Source: Dudresnaya verticillata (Eukaryota). From it: a stretch of DNA of 64,000 nt. Below are positions 48,777-60,837 of this stretch, piece by piece; the first letter of the stretch is position 1; each line of letters opens with the position of its first letter. The stretch covers positions 124,001-188,000 of the forward strand of contig OZ374560.1 in assembly GCA_977862235.1 (NCBI GenBank). The letters are read 5' to 3'. The position numbers were made by a program, and so were the translations under genes. The notes beneath the pieces were generated by a model, which saw only the letters and a list, made by a program, of their open reading frames with translations, was not told the origin of the DNA and did no database searches.

Positions 48777-48794
48777 TGGTCTCCCGACCTAGAA
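48777..48794 (+). promoter_or_regulatory. Primer-binding site of element H (TGGTCTCCCGACCTAGAA)
   Basis: Identical to the PBS of B; followed by an ATG ORF at 48847. Confidence 0.85.
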
Positions 48795-48846
48795 CGTGGT
48801 TGCGAAGTTTCGCATTTATTCGTAATTCGCTTCTATCCGAGACACG

Positions 48847-49204
48847 ATGTCTCACGCTCCGAGTCGTCCCGATTCGTCTGCACCGAAACCCGATGACGTA
48901 CCGATTCCGGAGCTTCCGTTGTTCCAATCGAAGCCGAGTGACCGAGAACCGTTTTCTCGCGCTCGCGCTTCGCGTATGACGGAACCCGATCTTCGCGCAG
49001 ACTCGCGTTCGCAGGCTCACGGTAGCCTCTCCGACCTTTCGTATACGTACACTCCGCTGGAAACCGTTCCTTCAGATACCATCGATCGACTCTTCTTGAT
49101 GAAGGAAGTCTCTGGTGCCGAGCTGCGATTACTCTACGAAGAGGTCATCGACGCGCTGTCCACCGCGTACCGTATCACGCAGCTTTCAATTCGTAATACG
49201 CAAA
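48847..49204 (+). pseudogene. gag N-terminus of element H (continues at 51413-51456)
   Basis: ATG ORF just after the PBS; frame continues ...IRNTQ-KLNAIRGIVSAAPPK when 49205-51412 is removed. Confidence 0.55.
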
Positions 49205-50028
49205 ACGTGTATGCTACGTTGGTCACCCACTCGGTATAGAACGGGACCCGATATCTCGAATACGGATCGGTCATCAGCTTGGAACCAAGATACCTTACAC
49301 ACGGGGGGAACTCTGCTGCGAAACATTCGCATATCTCGAACTCACGCCACACAGGCGGCACCTTCAAAAAACAGTGAGGTAACTTACTTCGCTCAATGAG
49401 GTCGACCTGCTTGTCCTGGTAAGGCACAAACACGCCCTTTGGCGATGCGTTTCACATTCCCAACGGATACAACGCTTCCAGAAGAACGTACCCGTCCGAT
49501 GCAGATAACGAAAATCCACTTTTAAGCGTACACCTAAGACGTAAGCCTCTTGCAAAACGCGGGTCTCGATTGACACGCTCACGTGCTTCAGCGATAACGT
49601 CCCAAGACGAGCACCATATTTGGCCTCGCCGGTTGTCCGATATTGCCCGGCGTCAAAGTTGAAGATGGTCGGCCTCAGTGCCGACCCGGGGTAACGCGTG
49701 AAACGTCGATAGACGTCGGAGACGAATTGTGCATGGACATCCGCACGCGACTGCCCAACCTGGACCCAAAGCCATTCTGGACGAACGGCGCAGCGCAACT
49801 TCTACTCTAACGTCCAGACGACGCCAAGAGGCAGGCCCCTGGCAAGCATCCGTTAGTAGCGTAATTAGCGCCCAGTTCATCGCTGCGCGAAGCCTCCTTT
49901 TCGAACCAGGGGGCCCGCGAGAAGAAATGCGCGTAATCGCGAGGACTATTACCGACAAAGTCGACGGGCGATGCGTACACGGGCGCGGCCGAGGGCGACG
50001 CCACCTGCATGCCATTGAATATCGGCAT
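49205..50028 (-). pseudogene. Homolog of the element-A antisense ORF (frameshifted, truncated)
   Basis: RCAVRPEWLWVQVGQSRADVHAQFVSDVYRR...FDAGQYRT...LGTLSLKH...HRTGTFFW.RCIRWECET...IERSKLPHCF matches 13800-14648. Confidence 0.85.
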
Positions 50029-51407
50029 AACGTCGAAGACGAAGAGCCGATTTACGCCGCTGGCGATGTATTCACGAACGTCAAAAGAAGACTACTATCC
50101 AACCCCACAGGCGAAAGGGTCACAACGTACGTCAAAAACGATTGCTGTTCAACGCCACAGGCGATACAAAGCAATCTGTGTCAACGACGTTCGGTCACAA
50201 CGCCACAAGCGATAAGAGAAAGACGATAACGCCGAGGATGGTTGAGGTTGCGACGCCAAGCGGCGAGGGAAACTGCACGACGTCAACGACGGAAATCGGA
50301 ACGCGCCACGGGCGGTGATGTCGGTGTAGTGCAAGGGCACGCAGCGCGCAACACGAGCGGAGTTCGCACGGCACAGCCGAAGTCGCAAAGCGCACGCCCT
50401 GACGCACCAAGATGAGGCGCAGGAGCGGTCAAAGACGAAGGCAAGCGCGCAGCAGCAGGTTGAGGCTCGGACGTGTTCACGTTTTGGAGGGGGGTCGTGT
50501 GGTGCAAGGGGGGTGAGTCCCTTTTTCGCTGAAAGCGGAGTGACAAATACGTCGACCGACGGAGAAACCGCCACCGGCGCTCACTACCGCCGTTGGCGCG
50601 CGAAAACGTCATCGACGGCTCACTGGGGCGCGCGCCCACGTTGCGCGCCGCGTGCCATGCCGGCACTGTACGGTGACAGGCCGACATGGCGCCCCAGGGT
50701 ACTGTAACATGGATCCAGATTGGATCCGGATCCGGTATCCAGATTGGCTATCTGGATCGCCTACGCTGTGATGTACGCGCCTGTTAGACTGCGAGTGTTC
50801 GCATTGCTGGCCCGGATCGGGATTGGGGTCAGGATCGGACAAGTATTGGATTAGATCAGGATCGCGCGCTCTACAGTGCACGCGCACGCAGAACTGTAAG
50901 GCGCACGCGTCCACGTGTGTGTAAGCGCCCACGCAGGGTGCGTCGTGGCAATCTGCCAGACGCGCGGCTGCATGCGGTGAGCGATCTGTCAGACGCACCT
51001 CGGGACGACACGTGTCCCGAGTTCCCGCGGTGCGCACCCACGCCGCCGCCGCCGGCACGCCGTAGTGCTACACTTAGGTAAACCGTCCCAGACGTAGCAG
51101 TAACTCCTGGTAAAGCCGGTCTTGGTCCAGACTACCCCTCCCGCGCTACGCGTACCTACTCGCAAGCCCTGATACACAAGCGTCTGACCTACCGCGCTTC
51201 CGCGTCTACCTACCGTCCGAGACGAGCTTCCTTCTACCCCTCTTTTCCCTTTCTGTCCTGTGTTTCTACGCTTTCCGCCAAGGGCGTTGTACAGTCCGCT
51301 TTTGGCGAGTCCCTTCAGCTCTACCACCCTTTCCCCGCCATCCGCGGCTACCCACCGGACATCGAACGGTCTGGGGTTGCAGCTCGTCAACAGACTTTTG
51401 CGCCACA
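49205..51407 (+). mobile_element. 5'-truncated A-family element (D): antisense-ORF segment, PPT and 3' LTR (50498-51407)
   Basis: Homologous to the reverse complement of 12362-14460; GGAGGGGGGTCG before TGTGGTGCAAGG; GCAAA on both flanks. Confidence 0.85.
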
Positions 51408-51456
51408 GCAAAAATTGAACGCTATTCGTGGCATCGTGTCCGCCGCGCCACCGAAG

Positions 51457-52228
51457 TGTAGTATAGCTGTCAGCACACTATCAGCAGCGGCTGTAAGGTA
51501 TGCTAGCCGCCCCTCACTGTAATGTTGCACACGATGACGCCCGCTGGCGAGTCGTGGTTGGGCAGCGTGCCCTTGATTTTTTCGTTGATTTAGTAGCGGT
51601 CGACCGCATTGCTGCCGGCAGCGGCCGCGCGCCGTGCCGCACACGGTGCGCCCCAGTGACGCTCTCTGGCATCGAGCCGTTGAGAGGGCCGCTGCCCGTT
51701 ACGCCCCGCGCGCGACCACGGGTAGCCGTTACCCGGACGTGTCGACACGTGTATGGGCGCGCTCGCACGCCTCCCGCGTTGGTGTTGTGGGGCGCACCTA
51801 CTGTAGAGTAGCCGTAGTGTACATAGCGTAGGGTATTTAAGGCCGTCTGCCATCGACGGCTCAGTAAACCGGGCAAGCAACAGCTCGCGCTGAAGCTTGC
51901 CCCCAGCCTCTTCGGGTTCGATCCCTTTGCCTTACGCCAGCGGGCGGTTTCCCTTTTTCCCTTTGCCTCGCTAGGCTTTTCCCCTTTCCTTTTCCTTTCC
52001 GTTGGCTTCTTGCTGCCCTTCGACAGGGACGCTGAGATCAGGCCGCTGCTTACCCGCGTACGGTACGCCCCGTGCGCGCTCCGGCATCGACGCCGTCGAT
52101 CCGCACCTGCGGGGCGCACGCGGCCGACACCGCTCTACCATACACAACAGCTACCCATCGACGGGTCTGTGTGGCGCCTTCGGACCAGCGAGTATTAGAC
52201 GTCGGATCAACCCCACGTCTATACTACA
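51457..52228. mobile_element. LTR (family E) without matching TSD
   Basis: Perfect 10-bp terminal inverted repeat TGTAGTATAG/CTATACTACA; partial second copy at 53552-53800; followed by a gypsy protease-tail-like fragment (IDVESRRLTLRNGGSLPIL). Confidence 0.75.
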
Positions 52229-53551
52229 CGCGGGATCGACGTCGAGTCGAGAAGGCTGACGCTGAGGAATGGAGGCTCGTTGCCCATCCTCAGCCGCCCT
52301 AGCGAGGGAAACGGTCCGGCAGCGCAGCCGAAGAACCCATCGAAGGGTTTGTCGAAGAAGCACCAGCGGGAGCTCCTCGACTGGGGTCACGACACCCACA
52401 CCATACGCCTAGCTAGGCAGGTGGTTGTCCCAGCCTACTCGCAGAGCTCGTCTCGGTGACGTCCCTCTTGTTCCTCACTACCTCTTATGTTTTGATTAAT
52501 GCGTGAGGTTTTTCAATTGTGGGGGTAGCAATTGATTCAAGACAAGAACTTTATGTCCCCCAGTCAGTAGCTCACGCACTTTTCACTTCTGACAGTGTAA
52601 TGCTGAAAATCGCGCATCGTTATGTATCAGACTATCGGTATTCAGCGAAAAGTGCAGCCAATGGGCAAGCAAACACAACTGCATAAGACACACCTCAAGG
52701 AGGTGGAACTGCTACTGCGGAGTCGGAATCTGCTTGGAGACGTTTTGATGCTGCCACCCGGAGATTTAATGGGAAAAGTAAGTACAGCGGGATTCTGGCC
52801 GCGTCCTTGTATCTAACTGAAGCGAGGAATGCGAGTGTTACTTTTTGCAATCAAAGGGATTTCCTCGCCCTGATCGTGTCCACCGTGGCGCTTGCCTCCT
52901 GAAGGGGGCTGTTCTGAACTACAGCAACGTACATATTGATGGGAAGCCGCAATTAACCGAACTAGGAGCTTATGTCATGAGCTGGAATCTCAGTCCGATA
53001 AACCTGCATAGCACCGTCAAACAGAGTCGCTAGCGCTCTCGCTGACAATGAAGGCTCCGAGATAGAAGCACAAGTGTAGTCCTATTGCAGCCCCAGGGCT
53101 ACTTTACCACGAAGTTGCCGACACAATCAGCCACTTCCAACAGGGAAACGTCGGCCCGCCTTTCGCATTCAGACGATAATGAAGGTTGTAGAAAAGTATG
53201 AGTGATCACGCACAGCAGAAGAATAAGTAATGTAAAACAAAAAAGACTATGATAAGCTCTATATGAAGCTTTCTGGAGCATTGGAGCTCTGGGAGGGTGA
53301 AGTTGAGCGTTCTGGACAGGATACAGACGCCGTTGATGCCTTGAAAAGGCGTGAAGCAATGTTATAGCTCTTATAGGGTACGGAGCTCACTACGAAAACC
53401 GTATTGTATCTAGGAAGACACAGAACAAAAACACCAGCCATGTCTCGGTTAGGTCATCCTCGTTTTGGGACGCACTACAAATCGATGACAACATCGCCGT
53501 TCCACTACTACTGCATCTCATAGACAACAGTCAAGTCCTTTTCCATGTACC

Positions 53552-53800
53552 TGTAGTATAGCTGTCAGAACCCTATCAGCAGCGGTTGTAAGGGGTGCGC
53601 AGCCGTGCACTGTAATGGTGCGTGCGATGACGCCTGCTGACAAGCCGTATTTGGGTAGCGAGCCCGTTAGTTTTTTCGTTAATTTTAGCGGCGCTCGATC
53701 GCCTTGCTGTCGGCAGCGCTCGTGAATCGTGCCGTAGACGGCGCGCCCCAGTGGCGCTCTCCAGCATCGAACCGTTGAGAGGGCCGCTGTCCGTTAAGCC
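53552..53800. repeat. Truncated copy of LTR family E
   Basis: Colinear with 51457-51705. Confidence 0.8.
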
Positions 53801-54604
53801 TTGTTGAAAGTTTCTACAGGGCGTAGGCCTGTTCGATCTCTACTCAGATCGTCGCAGGTTTCAAGGTACCTTACTTATACGTTTGTGGAAGCGAAAAGCG
53901 CTCGCGATCTGCAACTTTGCACAAACGGCCAAGCCAATTGCCCTGTCTGGAACGTATCAATGTAACAACTCGCACTCGCTGGCTGCGTTGCCCAACAGGT
54001 CATAGAACAGGGGTTCGTGTGTTAGGTTTCCGAAACATGGTTCCTCCTGGGCTTGTAAGCGAAATCACTCCCTCTGTTTAGTTTAGCCTTTATATAACTA
54101 CCAAGGCGCTGAGCTAATGGCTACATGTCCGTTTGTTTGGCACGACTGAGCTCATGGCGGCACAGAACATCTTCTCTACCTATTCTGGTCTGTCTGATCA
54201 GGCAGGGCGTTCCATTTACTGTGAGATCCAGATAATAGGGTGACGGAGGCGGCTGCAGTTGTGGAACTGATTTACGTACGGTGGCGCGTTAGAGGGCGAT
54301 AGGCCAGAAGGAGGAGCGTAGCACCTCCGACGCGCTTCGCATGTCACCACTAGGGTGCTTCTCTGAACGCGACTAACTCGTGCGTAGTATAAGGCCTCCC
54401 GCCTTCCGAGTAGCAGAAGCGGGAGAAGGGGGTGAGGATTTTAGCTGTACTACTGCGGACCCCAGCCAACATTGGCTACGGTCGCTCAGTAAAGCCACCC
54501 GCCGTCGGGTAATCCTGAGCCAAACGACATTCGCGAATTAGCGGCTCGTTTCAAATCTATCCGCGAAGCGCAGCGAGCGCACGCCTCGCAATTAACCCCT
54601 TCCG

Positions 54605-54985
54605 GTCGCGAGACTCCCGCCGCGCGCGTACTTCCACTCGAGACTCCCGCCGCGCGCGCACCTCCACTCCATTATCAGCACGCCACCCACGCCTCTTGGC
54701 GCGTGCCCACCACCCAGCGCCCCACCGCCGCCGCGCACCAAGCACTGCGCCGCCGCGCCCCAAGCGCCGCGCCGCCGCCGCGCACTAAGCGCCCTGCCGC
54801 CGCCGCACACTAAGCGCCCCGCTGCCGCCGCGTGCTAAGCACGCCCGGCCGCCGTCGCGTCCCAAGCGCCTGCCACCGCCGCCTCGCACACTGCAGTGTG
54901 CAAGGGCCCGCCGCCGCCGCCGCGCACACTGTGCAAGTGCCCGCCGCCGCAGCCGCGCACACCAAATGCCCGCCGCCGCTCCTGC
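54605..54985 (+). repeat. GC-rich degenerate tandem repeats (CCGCCGCCGCGCAC-based; one 30-bp duplication) inside the copia LTR
   Basis: Read directly. Confidence 0.8.
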
Positions 54986-55700
54986 CAGTGGCGCATACTG
55001 GCAGCCGGGACCGTACTGTGCATCCTTCTACTGTACAGTGGTGCCGGCCCACTCTCCCCCTGGGCATTGCGCTGCCGCTTCCCGTGGCATGCCCCGCCGT
55101 TCTACAAGCTCGTGCGCTCCGCTCGCCGAAACCTAAGGTTTGCGTGGGAATCCGTCAAGGTGATACGTGGTATCAGCAGCTGGCGCTTCGAAGAATCGAT
55201 TGACCGCTCTAACCCGCGCCGGTGATGAGTATATACACGCAGTGACCCCCATAGCAGCGTCATCTTCATACGCTTGCGTCCCTGTGGTACTTCATAGCCC
55301 GGGTGGGAGTCACTGTGAGAGGATAGTGCTTACGGGGTGACTTCAGTCCGCATGCAGTAAACCCCCGTCAATTCGTGGTCGACCCCTTCGGGAAGACTAT
55401 CCTTACCAGGGCTGCAGCCTATCGACCTCCCCGACTAATCGCTGCACGCAACTTCGGTTGCAATAGCGTGGGACCTTAGGTGGCTTAAGCAAAGAGCAAA
55501 GCGTGAGTAGGACCTTGCGCACAAGTCAAAGGCGACTTGTCCAGCGCGCCTAAACTCTTGCTGTTGGTATTCCCGGGTTAGGGAAAGGTGTCTTTGAGTG
55601 TTTACCGGTTGCGAAGGACCGGTCCTTGGCCAACTACCGTTAGCCACGGGGGATACCGACCGTATACACGGGTCTTTTTGTTGCTGATATTGCTGCTGTT

Positions 55701-55772
55701 CAGGAAGAAGTTCAGGTAGACGTTTTCAGGAAGAAGTTCAGGAAGAAGTTCAGGAAGAAGTCCAGGAAGAAG
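55701..55772 (+). repeat. 12-bp repeat CAGGAAGAAGTT, ~5 units, in the copia 5' leader
   Basis: Read directly. Confidence 0.85.
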
Positions 55773-57975
55773 CTATTGCAGAGAAAGTTACAGGTCTGAG
55801 GGTATCCTAACCCGACCTCCAATATGTCGACACCTGCTGGGACCGGTGGACCGCCGGGTGAAACACCCGGGGATGGCGACGACCCGGTATTCCCCACTAC
55901 ACCCGAACAGCCGCCGAGTCCGACCTTCATGGCAAACCTCCCTCAGCGAGAGGTTGATGGCATGAAAAACATCCAGCGGGGTTTTATAACAACAATTCGT
56001 CTATTGGACGTCAAAGAAAACCTCATGGGTCCGTCATTGCTTCGATGCGCCGCAGAAATGTTTCTGCCGGCCGTGCTGTTTAGCCCCGACCTCCGTGCCA
56101 TCCCAATGGTGCACGTCCAGCTTCGCAACTTTCTGGAGTCAAGAGGCGCAAACATGCAGCCACACGCTTCTCGTCGCATAGTCATGACGTCGGCACAACA
56201 TTTTCAGTCATGACGACGAAGACAAGGAGGCGGCAATCGCCATTGTTAAGGACATAACTGCGCACGGCCGCCGAAACCCGAACCCATTCGGCGCCCGTGC
56301 AAGTTCCCCGGCACCTCCGTCCGAAGATAGCCCCCATCATAGGTCATCCGGAGGGGGCCCCACGTCAGATAAGGTCGCCCTTAATGTGGACATGCGCCTC
56401 AAGGAGAACTCTCGAAAGTTCTCCGGCGACATAGGGGAATGTTGGCAGGAATTCGTCGATAAGTACCGTGAGATAGCAAGAGACTACAACTTATCTCTAC
56501 AGCAAAAGCTGCAGTATCTACGCAACCGACTCCGAGGCGATACCAAGCGGTTCTACCTGGACAACATCGACGGCTATGCACAAGGATTTCAGCACGCCGT
56601 CGACATGATCGAGAAGGAGTACAACTCCCTTGTCCGGCAGAACAAGGTGAAGAATTACCTTAAGTCCCTCAGGCTAAGCAAGTTTATAGCTGAGGGATCC
56701 GAGGCTGCTGAGGCCCTGGAGAAGGTATATCGGGTCATCACCAAACTCTCACGCGAAGCCACTCCGACACACCGAGGCGACGCTCACAAGGTCGAATTCT
56801 TGGCCGCAGCAGTGGCCGGATAAGAATGGTCCATCGAGCCTCTAAGCCGCATCGCCAGTCGGGCTTAACTTTCAAAAGCTGTATGGAGAATTGGAGTGCC
56901 AACTACAGCTAGCAAAGGAAGCTGAAGTGGCAAGACTCAAAGATGAGATTTTCGCGCGGTCGTGAACCAAGAAAGTATCTCATGACCCCCATCTCCCCGG
57001 ATTCTATACGCCGGGAAAGCTCGATACGGTCGTCAGCAAGTCACATCATATGGGGGACGAGGCAGGATGGGTTAACGACTAGGTGGTAAGGCGGCCACCT
57101 TCAACCCCCTTTCAGTCACTGGGTGCGTCAACTGCGGCGACCCGAATCACATGTTGAAGGACTACAAGAAGCCTCGGAACCTTGCCCGAGCTGCCTCGAG
57201 GAAGCTCGAGTACTACGCCAGGAAAAGGTCGCAAGCCAATGCCGGCGTCCACTTAGTATTAGCTGATATATGCTACCAGATGGACCGGTCGAACTTGGAA
57301 GACGGAAGGAGGGAAGACGAAGGCGAGACAGCCGCGGAGGAAGATTCCCCTTCGGACCGTGAAATGCTTGAGGCTTTCATGTCCACCGCGGAGCCCACGA
57401 TATACCTGACCCACTCCCGCTCGCAAGGTTCATTCTTCCCAGCACTTTTCTTCTGCTTACCCGAGGCCCAGATGGCCGATGTCTTTATCCTGCTGCAACG
57501 GGACTTGGTCTAGACAGCTGCGGCACGCGCAGTTTGCCGAGCGCGCCGAGCCGCCCGACGTCCCAACTAAAATTAAAAGAAGAGAAGGTAACTAAATGAG
57601 GGGTGGGAGGTGGGCCGAACCAGGAAGAAATCAGAGCTGCCGGGGTCAACCGTGCGAAGCTTACGGGGAGGACCTCCTAAAGAACTCAGCACTGAGTCAC
57701 CCGCTAACGCGCTCGCTCTCCACCAAAACTGTTTGACCCCGGGCCTGTCCCTGACCCTTCCGCCCCCAAAGCGATATTTCCAGCGCCAGGCGTCCCTGAC
57801 CCTTCCGCTCTACGCGATATCCCCAGCACCAGGCTCAGCGGAACTCTCGGATTTTTCGAATAAACCGTGCTGCAGAAACATCTTCTGTCGAAACACCATT
57901 CTGCCCAGCACTCTTCTTCTGCTTACCCGAGGCCCAGATGGCCGATGTATTTATCCTGCTGTAACGGGACTTGGT

Positions 57976-58966
57976 CTAGACCGCGGCGGAACGCGCAGTT
58001 TGCCGAGCGCGCGCCGAGCTGCCCGACGTCCGCACCCTCCCCACGCTGGAACGTGCCCAGCGTTCCGCATAAGCTGCAATGTCTTGAGAGGAGGTCGGAG
58101 AGAGCTGTACCTTGAGTAGCAGTCCTTTTCCGGCTTGTAGATAGCGCGTGCAGGACGCGTCGGATGCCCAGCGTCCTTTGTGCATAACCTCAGCAAACGG
58201 CTTGTTGGACAACCAGTCAGCGGTGGCTCCTCCGCGCCTTAATGACTGCAGCATGAAACCAAAACCGGACAGTCCGAAAATAAGATAAACTGCGGCTTAA
58301 GGCTGAGCTGAACGCAACGTACTTGAGGTCGAAGAGCATGATGTCTGCCTTGTCGCCGCGAAACGTGAGCCACGCGGGAAGGAGGCGGAGTAGATGGGCA
58401 TCCTCCAACGGCACGAATTGATTACGGCCGGTCTTAGCACCGCGAACAACGCAACCAGCTCGGCTAGGTGCGGTACCATCCGCCAGCCGAACATCTCCCG
58501 GCAGATCAATATCGCCGACGCGCAGTGATAACAGCTCCAGGGCACGAAGGTAACCGTGATGTGTCAGGGCGAAGGCGATAGCGAGGTCTGGCCGAGCATC
58601 CTTCGCACACTGTGCGCAGATCGCGTTCACAATCTGTTTAGAAAGCGGAGGTGGGGACTTGCTTGGCACCAGTGTGTTCCAATCGTCTAAGGCCTGCCGT
58701 GCCAACGGCAGAGTACGCCGCAAGGAGGCACCGAAGAACTCAATACCACAAATCGCGTTGACCGAGCGTTGTCGGCTGCCTCTGCGGGGATCTTCATCAA
58801 AGCGGAACGTTATGTAAGCGAAAAGGCCGCTGTCCAGCTGCTGTGGGTAAAGCGTTGTTGGGACATTACAAGAAAGCCATCTACAAAAGTCCGTAACAGC
58901 TTCTTGGTATGCTCGCACTGTCCCCGGCTTGAGCGAAGCACTAGCGAGGACGCCAATCATTCGCAT
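57976..58966 (-). pseudogene. Tyrosine recombinase (one frameshift)
   Basis: GYLRALELLSL, KTGRNQFV, SLRRGGAT, HKGRWASDASCTRY provide the R/K/xSxR/W/Y catalytic pattern. Confidence 0.88.
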
Positions 58967-60762
58967 TTATTCGCGCAGCGCCGAATGCGCGCGACGGGGC
59001 GTCGGCGGGGTTACACTCGGAGTGTACCCAGTAGAGGCAGATCTGTACATTGTAGAAAACCAAAGCAGCTGCGATGCGACGACAAAGCTTGTTTAGTTTC
59101 CAAGAGCTGGCACGGCCTTTTCGAAGCGCTCCCAGAACGGCGGTGTTGTCGATTAATAGCACGACCCCTTGCCCAGATGTGAGGGCAGAGCGGCGCATGT
59201 GACGGACTGCGAGGAGGGCTACTTCCATCTCCAAGAGATTGATATGCTGGCCCCGAATCCGCCAAGCGGTTGCAATGGCTGTTTTGAACGAGACTCCTGC
59301 GAGCGTAGAACGGAATTTTTCGATACTGTGAGCGGCTGCTGCACAGCGGTTGCGTCGGGTATACAGTTCGCGAGAGCTGATAATCCCTGCTCGTTCTCGG
59401 AGCCGAGAGCTAGCTCTGCTGCGAAACCGCACGCGTCGTGGTCGGGGGTACTCTGCGCCATGGTGTACCACCCCTTTTTGACTCTGGTTTCTCGGATACC
59501 TTCCAAAAAGTGCCGCAGCTCCTCAACGCCGAAATCAACGTAAGTGACAGCACCCCCTTTCTTGGTCGCATCGGATGCGTAGACTCGGGTGCACTCCGGG
59601 CCGCGAAGGTCCGCGTTCATCAGCGGGAACAGATCTAGCATCATCTCCAATTCAAGCTCCTGTCCGGCCGTTAGTGGGCGACGTCTGTTCGGTCGCTGAA
59701 GAGCGCATAGGTAGTACACCTCGCTTAGCGTAGATAGCGGACAGCGGCGAAGCAGACACGCCCATGTCCAGCGTCCCAGCAGGGTCTGCATTTCTCGGGG
59801 GCTGGAGGCTCGGCGGCTCAAAACGGCCTCCGTTTCGTCGAGGATGGCCTGAGCCAGGGCTAGCTTCACCGTAAGGATCCCTTGCCGCCGCCACCACAAC
59901 CCAAATGCCACGCCGGGGTGCTCCTTAGATGCGCGTTGGCGCTTAGCCGTAGCCTCCTTCAGACCCAAGCGTGCCAGCATGCGCTGAATCCGTGCTGGCT
60001 CCTCGTTCTCAACGGACTCCCTTGTAGTGACGGTGTTAAAATCATCCAGGTACACAATCTGCAAACCCGGACGTTCATCTAACCTGCTTCTACCATCAAC
60101 AGACAGGATGCCTGAACCTAGCCCGGACCGGCGGACGACTGCGAGTGACGCGGCCTGCGCGAAGCTCACCGCGAAGGAAGCCCCCATTGGATACACAGGA
60201 GGCAGGGCACTACATAAGCCGAGCGGAGGTTCGTCTCGACCAGCGAGGTGGAGATGGGAGGTAACCCCATAAAAGGGACTAGGAAGGACGGGGCCATCAG
60301 ACGGTTATAAAACTGCGATATATCGCAGGAGGAAACGAATAGTTCCTCATCGACTGGTAGGCAGATGTCCCCGAGCAGATCTGGTGCCGGGAGCTCGACC
60401 CGGCTTGCTTCAGGACGGAAGAGCTTGTTAGAGCGACTCCCGCCCCAAATAACCCGTTGACTGACGCCTTTCTCCTTCCAGACCCCAAACAGGGAATTCT
60501 CCACGACGTCATCCCCCGGGGTCTTAAAGCAAATCATACCACTGCGATGCATCCGAGCAAGCCGGGCGGGGTCGTGTCTGCTCTTAACCCCCAAGTGAAT
60601 GGGCTCCTTGCATAACACCGCCGTTGATATTCGCTCGGTCGGAGGGAGTAACAAATGTTCTTCTTTTATCAAGTAATAGTATTCCGGGAACAATATGTCC
60701 TGGAGGTCAGCAGTTGCAGCACTGAGAGGCTCGGGCACTGCAGCAAGACGGTGGTCGAGCAA
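58941..60762 (-). pseudogene. Reverse transcriptase / RNase H of the YR element (frameshifted)
   Basis: CDISQFYNRL, PMGASFAVSFAQ, VYLDDF, YASDAT, HINLLE, IDNTAVLGALRKGR, WVHSECNPADAPSR. Confidence 0.9.
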
Positions 60763-60837
60763 GCAGTAATCGTCCTTTCCCGAGGGGGCAGCCTCCCACA
60801 GTAATCGCCCTTTCCCGAGGGGGCAGCCTCCTGGCTG

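Noticed and set aside
47080..51407. 47080-47993 and 50498-51407 as the paired LTRs of one element
   Set aside because: Opposite orientations, clearly diverged, and each has its own flanking duplication.
51457..53800. Family-E LTR copies as one intact element
   Set aside because: No PBS or PPT inside, no TSD, and the second copy is truncated.
57976..58966. Phage integrase or bacterial contamination
   Set aside because: The recombinase sits with RT/RNase H inside split direct repeats, as expected for a YR retrotransposon.
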